Of a DNA stretch of 64,000 bases, positions 11,008 to 19,502 are shown piece after piece. Location of the stretch: NCBI GenBank assembly GCA_030637655.1, contig DAOWGI010000005.1:1-64000 (forward strand), written 5' to 3'. The translations under genes and the position numbers were made by a program. Position 1 is the stretch's first letter; each line of letters starts with the position of its first letter. Below the pieces are notes generated by a model. It did no database searches. It was given only the letters and a program-made list of their open reading frames with translations, and was not told where the DNA came from. The DNA is from a candidate division FCPU426 bacterium (lineage in GTDB: Bacteria; Oederibacteriota; JAAXVQ01; JAUVAV01).

Positions 11008-11099
11008 AGCGCGGAATAGTATGCTGTATCTATTACTGGACCATAAGGCCTCGATGTGGTACACTTTATGTGGTTAAAAAACAAGAGCAGGTGATGCTG

Positions 11100-11504
11100 A
11101 TGACTGCGAAATCCTTTGCTGAAAATCGCTGCTACCCACGACTTCTTATCAATTTGACCCTCAACTACAAATATCTTGAATATGGCAATCTTTATCATGC
11201 TTTAGAAAGCAGGACGCTGAATTTAAGTGCCTGTGGATTGGCCATGTACACGGATCGAATACTACCTAAAGATCAGCACATTTTAATGACCTTGTTTTTA
11301 CCTCGCGAAAATGTGGTTGCCAATCCGGGTGAAAAAACCAAAAAAACAGATGACAACTATCTTTCAGTTATGTTGCTTTCGAGCGTTGTTTGGTGCCATC
11401 AAGACGAAAACGATGAATGTCATGTCGGCTTGAAGATTATGCAAGTGGAACCGGAACACAAAAAGCGTTTGCAACTTTTTTTGGCTTCACATAAATTGGA
11501 TTAG
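11100..11504 (+). CDS. Stand-alone PilZ-domain protein
   Basis: RCYPR and NLSACG; start set after the AGGTG RBS. Confidence 0.85.
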   Translation: MTAKSFAENRCYPRLLINLTLNYKYLEYGNLYHALESRTLNLSACGLAMYTDRILPKDQHILMTLFLPRENVVANPGEKTKKTDDNYLSVMLLSSVVWCHQDENDECHVGLKIMQVEPEHKKRLQLFLASHKLD

Positions 11505-11625
11505 TTTCATAACACGCGTTACCAATAGTGAAAAAAATCCGGCACTGTTCTGAGGGTGATTTTTGTCCAGTTCGGAGGAACTGGTTTGGAAATCAGAGTG
11601 TGGGAGGGCAGCAGAAAGAATAAAA

Positions 11626-13338
11626 TCACTTCTGTTTTTTTTGGATTTTGGCCCAAGTGTCCCGCAACGTGGTCGTGCGATTAAAGACCGGATAATCAGG
11701 GGTTGAATCCGGATCCACGCAAAAATAACCATGCCGCATAAACTGGAAGCGCGCGCCGGATTCGAGATTTTTTAAACTTGGTTCTAATTTACAATTGGTT
11801 AAAGTAACCAGTGAATCCGGATTTAAATTGGTTTTGAAATCCTTGCCTTCCGGCACAGCGTTGGGATCTGCTGTGGCAAATAAATGATCATATAAACGTA
11901 CTTCCGCAGTCACGGCGTGCGCTATAGATACCCACTGTAAGGTCCCTTTAACCCGGCGCTTATCCGGCGTGCCGCCGCCCCGTGATTCCGGATCATAGCT
12001 GCAATGCAATTCGATTACTTCGCCGGTGGTTTTATCTTTGATTACTTGCCGGCAGGTAATGTAATAGGCGTGTTTGAGCCGGACTTCACGTCCGGGTGCC
12101 AAACGGAAATAACCTGTGGGCGGGTCTTCCTGAAAGTCGGTTTGCTCTATATACACAGTGCGTGTAAAGGGGATTTTGCGCGTGCCGGCTGAAGTGTCTT
12201 CGGGATTGTTTTCAGCATCAAATTCTTCCACTTGTTCTTCGGGATAATTCTCGATAACCACTTTGAGCGGATGCAAAACCGCCATGACCCGCTGGGCGCG
12301 CAAATTTAAATCTTCGCGCAAATAAAATTCCAAGGTGCCTATCTCAATAACGCTATTGGTTTTATTCACGCCAATGTGGTTGCAAAAATTTCGGATGGCT
12401 TCCGGAGTATAACCGCGTCTGCGCAATCCGGAAATAGTAGGCATCCGGGGATCGTCCCACCCATTGATAATATTTTCATTGACCAGTTGGAGTAATTTGC
12501 GTTTGCTCAAAACGGTATAGCTGAGTTCCAGGCGGGCGAACTCAATTTGCCGCGGCCGGCAAGCAATAGTAATGTTATCCAAGACCCAAACATATAGCGG
12601 ACGATGATCCTCAAATTCCAAGGTGCATAATGAATGTGTGATATTTTCAATGGCATCAGAAATACAATGCGCGAAATCATACAGTGGATAGATGCACCAT
12701 TTGTCGCCGGTTCGCGGATGAACGGCGTGCTTGATACGATAAAGAGCAGGATCCCGCATATTGATGTTGGGATGGGACATATCAATTTTGGCGCGTAATA
12801 CGCACTCGCCTTCTTTTACCTCACCACAACGCATTTTTTCAAACCAGGCCAAATTTTCTTCCGGGCTGCGGTCGCGGTACGGGCTGTTTTGGCCGGGTTT
12901 CGTGAGGGTGCCCCGGTAGCCCCGGGTGTCTTCAGGGGAAAGGTGACAGACATACGCCAATCCTTTATTAATGAGCTCGATCGCGTACTGATGGAATTGA
13001 TCGTAATAATCCGAGGCATGATACAGGTGTTGTCCCCAATCAAAACCCAACCACCGCACATCTTTTTCGATGGCATCAATGTATTCCTGCTCCTCTTTCT
13101 CCGGATTGGTATCATCAAAACGCAAATGACAGACTCCTTGATATTCTTGAGCAACACCAAAGTTGAGATTGATGGATTTAGCATGTCCGATATGCAGGTA
13201 TCCATTGGGTTCCGGCGGGAAACGGGTTTCCACCCGTCCGGCATGTTTATTGGAAGCGATATCCTGCGTGATTATTTTCCGGATAAAATCCAGTGATTGG
13301 CTCGGTGTTTCCGAAGTTACTTGCGTAGGTTCCGTCAT
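11626..13338 (-). CDS. glnS: Glutamine--tRNA ligase
   Basis: [30 protein letters not shown] and [18 protein letters not shown] before MTEPT. Confidence 0.96.
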   Translation of the reverse strand: MTEPTQVTSETPSQSLDFIRKIITQDIASNKHAGRVETRFPPEPNGYLHIGHAKSINLNFGVAQEYQGVCHLRFDDTNPEKEEQEYIDAIEKDVRWLGFDWGQHLYHASDYYDQFHQYAIELINKGLAYVCHLSPEDTRGYRGTLTKPGQNSPYRDRSPEENLAWFEKMRCGEVKEGECVLRAKIDMSHPNINMRDPALYRIKHAVHPRTGDKWCIYPLYDFAHCISDAIENITHSLCTLEFEDHRPLYVWVLDNITIACRPRQIEFARLELSYTVLSKRKLLQLVNENIINGWDDPRMPTISGLRRRGYTPEAIRNFCNHIGVNKTNSVIEIGTLEFYLREDLNLRAQRVMAVLHPLKVVIENYPEEQVEEFDAENNPEDTSAGTRKIPFTRTVYIEQTDFQEDPPTGYFRLAPGREVRLKHAYYITCRQVIKDKTTGEVIELHCSYDPESRGGGTPDKRRVKGTLQWVSIAHAVTAEVRLYDHLFATADPNAVPEGKDFKTNLNPDSLVTLTNCKLEPSLKNLESGARFQFMRHGYFCVDPDSTPDYPVFNRTTTLRDTWAKIQKKQK

Positions 13339-13561
13339 TTTGAAAAACTCCTTAAGCATGAATATGGATGGATATTATAAGTATTTATATCCCAAATGTA
13401 AAGTGGTTGTGACTGAGGATTATTTACTATTTTTTACTTTGCCGAAACGGTTGATTAGTTTAGAATATCATTTATATTAATTCTGCCCAAGGAGAAGTCC
13501 ATGTCCAACCGTTTCCAATTTGTTTTCTCTGTATTGGAAAAGGATATGCGTGAAGCGGAGC

Positions 13562-14068
13562 ATGACTATATTTGTTGAAGAAATTATTTTCCAACCGGAA
13601 ATGCGATTGATAGGGAAGACGATTGAGGTGCAAGGCGAGCCGAAAGTGCGGGTTCAAACGGTGCGAGCACTTTGGGAAAGCTTTAATGTATCTGTGCATA
13701 CAGTGACAAACCATATCCGAAAAGCAGCTTGGCAAAAATATGGAGTCTCCTTTAATCCGCAACCGGGCAACCACTTTTCCTATATGGCGGCAGTAGAAGT
13801 GTCTGAAGTGGATGACGTTCCGGAGGATATGACAGGGAAGATGCTACCGGCCCTGACTTATGCGCGCTTTTGTCATCACGGCGATTTTTGTAATCTGCCC
13901 ACTACCATATATGAAATATATAACAAATGGCTCCCGGATTCCGAATATCATCTGGTTCCTGGATGGCAATGCGGTATAAGCCATTTTGAACGCTACGATC
14001 AGCGTTTTCAATGGTCCTCAGCAGAGTCGGAAATTGATATTTTTCTACCTATACGTACAAAAGCCTAG
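13562..14068 (+). CDS. GyrI-like small-molecule-binding protein; start uncertain
   Basis: YMAAVEV...VPEDM...YARFCHHG...IYNKWLP...FERYD...IDIFLPI pattern. Confidence 0.8.
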   Translation: MTIFVEEIIFQPEMRLIGKTIEVQGEPKVRVQTVRALWESFNVSVHTVTNHIRKAAWQKYGVSFNPQPGNHFSYMAAVEVSEVDDVPEDMTGKMLPALTYARFCHHGDFCNLPTTIYEIYNKWLPDSEYHLVPGWQCGISHFERYDQRFQWSSAESEIDIFLPIRTKA

Positions 14069-14075
14069 GCATGTT

Positions 14076-14256
14076 TAGTCAGAATTCAGGAGTCAAAATA
14101 AGAACGTCGGAACGAAATTTTCAAGATTTAATTGTGCGGCAAAAAGTTATCAGTTTATTTTAGGCGCAAAGACGCATAACATCAACAAAACGTAGAATCT
14201 TGTTCTGATTTTATTCTGAATTCTGGATTCTTACTACTGGATACCTGAGTAGTTAC
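14076..14256. repeat. Inverted heptamer-repeat element ending CTGAGTAGTTAC
   Basis: gtcagaattcaggagtc ... attctgaattctggattc; same terminus as 29796-29807. Confidence 0.6.
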
Positions 14257-14315
14257 TAATAAACAATGTATTGCGCCGGTTGATAAATATGAATTAATGA
14301 TTTCAAGGAGGAGTT

Positions 14316-15056
14316 ATGCGTACATCCAATCCAGCACTGAGTGAAAAAATTTTTACCCGAAGTGCCGGCCTGATAGCCGGTGACAATGTAATGACCATCC
14401 AGGGCACGGTCAATAAAGTCTTTCTGTTGATGGCTATGCTGCTGATCGCCGCTTTTTGGCCCTGGTCTATGTTTTTTAAAGGGCAAGTAGCAATGGTCAT
14501 GCCCTTGCTGTGGATCGGCCTAATTGGTGGTTTGATTACCGCATTAGTGACCGTTTTTAAGAAAGAGTGGGCTGGGATTACAGCGCCTTTATATGCAGTT
14601 CTGGAAGGATTGTTGCTGGGAAGCCTATCTGCCTTTTTTGAAAAACAGTTTCCGGGGATTGTAATTCAGGCGGTAGGACTTACTATGGCAACCTTGATTT
14701 CTTTGTTGATTCTGTACAAAACCGGAATTATTAAAGCTACGGAAAATTTCAAGCAGGGTGTGATATCCGCTACTGGGGCCATCTGTTTGGTGTACATGGC
14801 CGGCTGGGTCATGGGCATGTTTGGGTTGAATATGCCTTTTATTCACGAAAACGGATGGTTGGGTATTGGTTTCAGCTTATTTGTGGTGGTTATTGCGGCT
14901 TTGAATTTGGTCTTGGATTTTGATTTTATTGAGAAGGGGTCGGAAGTTGGCGCTCCGAAATTTATGGAATGGTATGCTGCGTTTGGGCTGTTGGTGACCT
15001 TGGTCTGGTTGTACTTGGAAATGCTGCGTTTACTGGCCAAATTGCGCAGCCGGTAA
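14316..15056 (+). CDS. Bax inhibitor-1/YccA family membrane protein
   Basis: MRTSNPAL, NLVLDFDFIE and AAFGLLVTLVWLYLEMLRLL. Confidence 0.93.
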   Translation: MRTSNPALSEKIFTRSAGLIAGDNVMTIQGTVNKVFLLMAMLLIAAFWPWSMFFKGQVAMVMPLLWIGLIGGLITALVTVFKKEWAGITAPLYAVLEGLLLGSLSAFFEKQFPGIVIQAVGLTMATLISLLILYKTGIIKATENFKQGVISATGAICLVYMAGWVMGMFGLNMPFIHENGWLGIGFSLFVVVIAALNLVLDFDFIEKGSEVGAPKFMEWYAAFGLLVTLVWLYLEMLRLLAKLRSR

Positions 15057-15079
15057 AAGGCATTGATCATTGAGACGCA

Positions 15080-15106
15080 GTAGGGGCGGGTCCTAGACCC
15101 GCCCAC
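15080..15106. repeat. GTAG-type REP palindrome (imperfect)
   Basis: gtaggggcgggtcctagacccgcccac. Confidence 0.7.
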
Positions 15107-15187
15107 CAGATAAATTATTTATAACGATTGTTTTGGGAATTAAAATCAAGTATACTTATTAGCATAACAAATCCACAAGGACAAACT

Positions 15188-15616
15188 ATGATTATATCCT
15201 ATACCGGTAAGGTGAAGGTAGAAAACCGGCGCTTTCCGCGAGTGCGATTTAAACTGGGTATTCATTATGCTGAGGTGCAAAAAGGCGAACTGCCCAAACC
15301 TCTTCAATCCCTGGCCGAAGATGTGGGTGTCGGTGGTATGGCGATGTATAGTAATAAAAAATTGACTAAAGGACAGTTACTTACAGTTAATATTTATCTT
15401 CCGCCGGCTGAAAAATATATTAATACTTCCAAAATTCCCGTGTATCTGAAAGAAGAATGCGAACCGGTTACCTTATTCGCTCGCGTAGTCTGGTGCCACC
15501 AGGATAAAAAACACGGATTTCGCGCAGGAATTAAATTTTTCGATGTGGATAAAAAAAATGCAAAGCAGTTCAAACATTTTTTGGTTGAATACGAATTGGA
15601 TGAGCCGATTTCGTAA
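15188..15616 (+). CDS. Stand-alone PilZ-domain protein
   Basis: RRFPR, DVGVGG and ARVVW...AGIKF. Confidence 0.88.
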   Translation: MIISYTGKVKVENRRFPRVRFKLGIHYAEVQKGELPKPLQSLAEDVGVGGMAMYSNKKLTKGQLLTVNIYLPPAEKYINTSKIPVYLKEECEPVTLFARVVWCHQDKKHGFRAGIKFFDVDKKNAKQFKHFLVEYELDEPIS

Positions 15617-15733
15617 ACGATGACAGACATATGCTTTCGAGTCAGTTCCTATAACCGTAATAGTATTTTTTGCACTGGTAGCTTGAGCATTTAGTCGCTT
15701 TTGTTAGTAGTAAGAGGGTATTTGGTGACTACG

Positions 15734-15761
15734 GTAGGGGCGTTTAATTAAACGCCCCCAC
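15734..15761. repeat. GTAG-type REP palindrome
   Basis: gtaggggcgtttaattaaacgcccccac, one mismatch from the copy at 875. Confidence 0.85.
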
Positions 15762-15822
15762 AAGATTCCCGATCAAGTATGGAGATGACCGGAATACTAA
15801 ATTAATCAAGTTTAAGTAAGGA

Positions 15823-16194
15823 TCATTTAACCGTCGTTTGATCTTCCAGTACTTCCGAAATAATCATATCCCAATCGCTTAATTGTGATAATGTCATAGG
15901 TGCTAATTTCAATCCACAGGTAGTACAATTTTTTTGAGCATCCCAGCGTTTCCATTGAATATGACCCTGTCCTTTGATTTTTATAAAAGGATTAGGCAAG
16001 TCCAGATCAAAATCAAGGTGCTTTTTTTCAATCAATTCCGCGGAAAGGGGAAGTTCAACGCACATACCATTGATGCTGATGTCTTCAATCCTGCCATGTG
16101 AGGATATTTTGTGATTTTTTTCCTCATCCTCGTAGGTAAAACGAATAGGAATATCTACTTTCGCGCGATTGTCTGAACCCCGCTGTTTTTTCAT
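15823..16194 (-). CDS. PilZ-domain protein with a variant Arg motif
   Basis: QRGSDNR, DISING and GHIQW...CGLKL. Confidence 0.8.
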   Translation of the reverse strand: MKKQRGSDNRAKVDIPIRFTYEDEEKNHKISSHGRIEDISINGMCVELPLSAELIEKKHLDFDLDLPNPFIKIKGQGHIQWKRWDAQKNCTTCGLKLAPMTLSQLSDWDMIISEVLEDQTTVK

Positions 16195-16197
16195 GGT

Positions 16198-16380
16198 TTA
16201 TTGTTCCTCCTTTTTTGTGTTGTGAATGTCTTGCTCTTTAATGCGGAGAACATTAACTAAGTAATATTCGAGTGCTTCGCGTACCACAAAACTAAAACTA
16301 CGTCTTTTTTGATCTGATACATTTTTCAAAACATCAATTAATTTCTGATCGTTTTCTGGAAGATAGAAGTTAATAATCAT
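16198..16380 (-). CDS. Ribbon-helix-helix (CopG/Arc-like) DNA-binding protein
   Basis: 60 aa; beta strand IINFYL then two helices ending RSFSFVVREALEYYL. Confidence 0.8.
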   Translation of the reverse strand: MIINFYLPENDQKLIDVLKNVSDQKRRSFSFVVREALEYYLVNVLRIKEQDIHNTKKEEQ

Positions 16381-16393
16381 TTGTGGCCCCCTA

Positions 16394-16435
16394 ATATCAT
16401 ATAAGATATTATATGATATGATAATATCTTGTCAA
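16394..16435 (-). promoter_or_regulatory. Consensus sigma70 promoter overlapped by two inverted repeats (likely RHH operator)
   Basis: Minus strand TTGACA(16435-16430)-N16-TATAAT(16413-16408); IRs 16394-16404/16409-16419 and 16403-16412/16421-16430. Confidence 0.8.
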
Positions 16436-16453
16436 CAAAAAAATAAAATATCT

Positions 16454-16511
16454 GTAGGGGCACGATGCTTGTCCGACATCGCTTTAACGAAGTCGGATGC
16501 TGTGCCCCTAC
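16454..16511. repeat. GTAG-type REP with a second hairpin nested in its loop
   Basis: gtaggggcac...gtgcccctac arms enclose tccgacatcgctttaacgaagtcgga. Confidence 0.75.
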
Positions 16512-16588
16512 AATCTGCCTTTTTTCTTTACATTCAATAAAAAAAACGTATAATTCCTGTATATTTTGGGATTGGGAGGATCTTTTTT

Positions 16589-17344
16589 ATGTCTGGACAT
16601 TCCAAATGGGCAACCATTAAACGATCTAAAGCAGCAACTGATGCCAAACGCGGTAAGGCGTTTACCAAAGTGACCAAAGAAATAATTCAAGCTGCCAAAA
16701 ACGGTGGTGGTAATCCTGATATGAACGCTCGTTTGCGGACTGCAATCTTAGCTGCCAAAGCTGTAAATATGCCGCATGACAATATCAAAAGGGCTATTAT
16801 GAAAGGAACCGGAGAGTTGGCCGGCGAATCGTATGATGAAATTATATACGAAGGCTATGGTCCTGGTGGGGTTGCCGTCATGATTGAAATCACCACTGAT
16901 AACAAAAACCGGTCTGCCTCAGAGATCCGTTCGATTTTTTCCAAACGTAATGGAAATTTGGGTGAACCTGGTAGTGTGTCCTGGATGTTTGAGAAAAAAG
17001 GACAGATTGTGATTAAAAAAGCGTCTATTTCCGAAGATGATTTGATGACTTTAGCTTTGGAGGCAGGAGCTGAAGATATTACGACCGAGGAAAGTACATA
17101 TACTGTAACCACCAATGCCAAGGATTACGAGGCTGTAGATACTGCTTTAAAAGATAAAGTGGAAACTGTATCCACGGAAGTTACCATGATCCCGAAAAAC
17201 GTGATTACCGTGGACAATACCAAAACAGCAGAATCACTCCTGAAATTGTTGGAAACCTTGGAAGATCATGATGATGTACAGAATGTGTACTCGAATTTTG
17301 ATATCCCGGATGAGATAATGGAATCTCTTAGAACAGAAGAATAA
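16589..17344 (+). CDS. yebC: YebC/PmpR family protein
   Basis: MSGHSKWATIK, YEGYGPGG and DDVQNVYSN. Confidence 0.97.
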   Translation: MSGHSKWATIKRSKAATDAKRGKAFTKVTKEIIQAAKNGGGNPDMNARLRTAILAAKAVNMPHDNIKRAIMKGTGELAGESYDEIIYEGYGPGGVAVMIEITTDNKNRSASEIRSIFSKRNGNLGEPGSVSWMFEKKGQIVIKKASISEDDLMTLALEAGAEDITTEESTYTVTTNAKDYEAVDTALKDKVETVSTEVTMIPKNVITVDNTKTAESLLKLLETLEDHDDVQNVYSNFDIPDEIMESLRTEE

Positions 17345-17362
17345 TAACAGCGTTAAAGACGC

Positions 17363-17986
17363 ATGCTTATGCGTCTTTACGAAGGAAAGGGTAGTGTAAT
17401 TGTGGAAGAAAATGCTTATGATGATTTACGGCTTTACTTGCAGGCCGTAATGCCGAATGCCAAAAATATTTCCGGTAAACAGTGCTCCAAACTGTATGGC
17501 TTGGTACGCCGGTCCCTGTTATGGGAAAAACAAGAGGAAACCGAAGCTACCCAAGTGTATAGACCGGAAAGCACAAATGAGTTACAGTTCTTGATCCAAT
17601 CCTTAAACCTGGCAACTGAGGAAGAAATAAAGGCAGCAGTAGAGGAATTGCAATTATCACCGGAAGAAAAAGAATTGGAATATGTCCATTGGGCTTTTCG
17701 CCGTCAATCTGCCAATGGCGAGATATTGATTCAAGATGCGCTTATTGCTTTCAAGCTGGTACGCATGAATCAGTATCAATATTTGCTGCTGTGCCGGGAA
17801 AACAATGCCGATGTGGCGGATAGTTTCACACGTGCTTTTAACCATACTCCGGATATTTTTTCAGAACACGCTTTAATGATTGAAGATAAAAGCTGTGCCG
17901 GTTGGATGTGGATTCTGGATCCTGACAAGGAACGGGCAAACCAAATGAAAGAGGAAATATCCGCGCTCTGGAAAGTGAAAAAGTAA
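17363..17986 (+). CDS. Hypothetical protein
   Basis: 207-aa ORF inside the operon; its stop overlaps the psd start. Confidence 0.7.
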   Translation: MLMRLYEGKGSVIVEENAYDDLRLYLQAVMPNAKNISGKQCSKLYGLVRRSLLWEKQEETEATQVYRPESTNELQFLIQSLNLATEEEIKAAVEELQLSPEEKELEYVHWAFRRQSANGEILIQDALIAFKLVRMNQYQYLLLCRENNADVADSFTRAFNHTPDIFSEHALMIEDKSCAGWMWILDPDKERANQMKEEISALWKVKK

Positions 17987-18648
17987 TGAAATTTCAGATC
18001 ACCAAACAGAGTAAAGTTGTATTAAATATTTTTATGGCACTTTTTTTTATTGGTCTGCTGACTTTTATAAGTGCGAAAGATGTATTGAAATACTCAGGGT
18101 TTATAATTACCCTGTTTTGTATATTGAGCGTTGGCATTATTATTTATTTCTATCGGGATCCGGAACGGCAGACAGTAGCGGATTCGGATATCATTCTGGC
18201 GCCGGCGGATGGAATGATCGTGCGCATAGAGCAAACTACTGAGGAGAAACATCTCAAAGGTTCTGCTACTCTGGTGGCAATATTCATGCATATAGGCAAT
18301 GTGCATGTCCAGCGCCTGCCCAGTGACGGTACCTTGCTGTGGGAACAGCATCAACCGGGAAAATTCCGGGCGATCCTGGATCCAAAAGCGCCGATTGAAA
18401 ATGAACAGCGCTGGTACGCTTTTGCAAATCAAGACCGCAACTTTACCTTGGTTCAAATTGCCGGTTTGCTTGCCAGACGAACGATTTCCTGGCTACAGCC
18501 GCAACAGAAATATACCCGTGGCGAACGTTTGGGAATGATTGCTTTGGGTTCTGAGGTTGATTTATATTTACCGCCTGAGGCGGATATTACAGTCCGGGTT
18601 GGAAAAAAGGTAAAAGCGGGTATTACTCCGCTGGGTAGGTGGAAATAA
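17986..18648 (+). CDS. psd: Phosphatidylserine decarboxylase proenzyme (short type)
   Basis: FYRDPER, APADG, NVHVQR, QIAGLLARR and the LGS self-cleavage motif. Confidence 0.92.
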   Translation: MKFQITKQSKVVLNIFMALFFIGLLTFISAKDVLKYSGFIITLFCILSVGIIIYFYRDPERQTVADSDIILAPADGMIVRIEQTTEEKHLKGSATLVAIFMHIGNVHVQRLPSDGTLLWEQHQPGKFRAILDPKAPIENEQRWYAFANQDRNFTLVQIAGLLARRTISWLQPQQKYTRGERLGMIALGSEVDLYLPPEADITVRVGKKVKAGITPLGRWK

Positions 18649-19484
18649 TGGCGCCGACTTCACGCGTTATCCACTCAGGGAAGTATCTGTTGCCGAATCT
18701 GCTGACAACTTTTAATCTGATCTGCGGCATGATTGCTATTTTAGTGGCAATTGAAAATTATACTGCCGGAGTTATAAATCAGCCGGGAGAGTACGCCATC
18801 ACTGCCTGGTTGTTATTGGCCGCAATGGTTTTTGATTATTTGGACGGAAAGGTAGCGCGCTGGACCAACACGGCCAGTGATTTTGGCGTGAAAATAGATT
18901 CCTTTACGGATTTTGTCTCCTTTGGAATCGCTCCGGTCGTAATAGCGTACACAGCTTTATTGCAATCCGTATCCCTGTTGATACAAATCATTGCTTGCTT
19001 CTCGTTTCTATTGGCAGGAGCATGGCGCTTGGCACGTTTTAATTGCGAAACCATAAGTGAAGCTTCATCTCAAATTTTTATCGGATTGCCTATTCCGGCA
19101 GCCGCGACCTTTGTGGCGACCATGGTATTGGTCTCGTCTGGTCCGAAAAGCATGGTTCCGCGTTTTTTGGGTCAGTCCATGCATGATTTATCGCCGCAAA
19201 TGGCCGGTACCTTAACGGCCTTTTTATTGATTGCGTTGGCAGCTTTGATGATAAGCCGAATCCCATTTCCAGCCTTCAAAAGGATGAACCGGCGCAATTT
19301 AATATTGCTGGGTGGAGTTGGGATTTTCTTTTATGTTTTATCTTTGGTCTTGCCCTGGGGCAATATTATTTTCCTGATTATGTTATTGTATATTTTTATT
19401 GGGTTGTTTCAATATTTTTTAAATAGAGTCTTGAGATTGCATCAAAAAGAGACTATAGGAAAAAAAGTACGACGAATTTCATAA
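18648..19484 (+). CDS. pssA: CDP-diacylglycerol--serine O-phosphatidyltransferase
   Basis: LPNLLT, DYLDGKVAR...DSFTDFVSFGIAP and RLARFN; coupled to psd. Confidence 0.93.
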   Translation: MAPTSRVIHSGKYLLPNLLTTFNLICGMIAILVAIENYTAGVINQPGEYAITAWLLLAAMVFDYLDGKVARWTNTASDFGVKIDSFTDFVSFGIAPVVIAYTALLQSVSLLIQIIACFSFLLAGAWRLARFNCETISEASSQIFIGLPIPAAATFVATMVLVSSGPKSMVPRFLGQSMHDLSPQMAGTLTAFLLIALAALMISRIPFPAFKRMNRRNLILLGGVGIFFYVLSLVLPWGNIIFLIMLLYIFIGLFQYFLNRVLRLHQKETIGKKVRRIS

Positions 19485-19502
19485 ATAGGAGTGAATGGAT
19501 CC

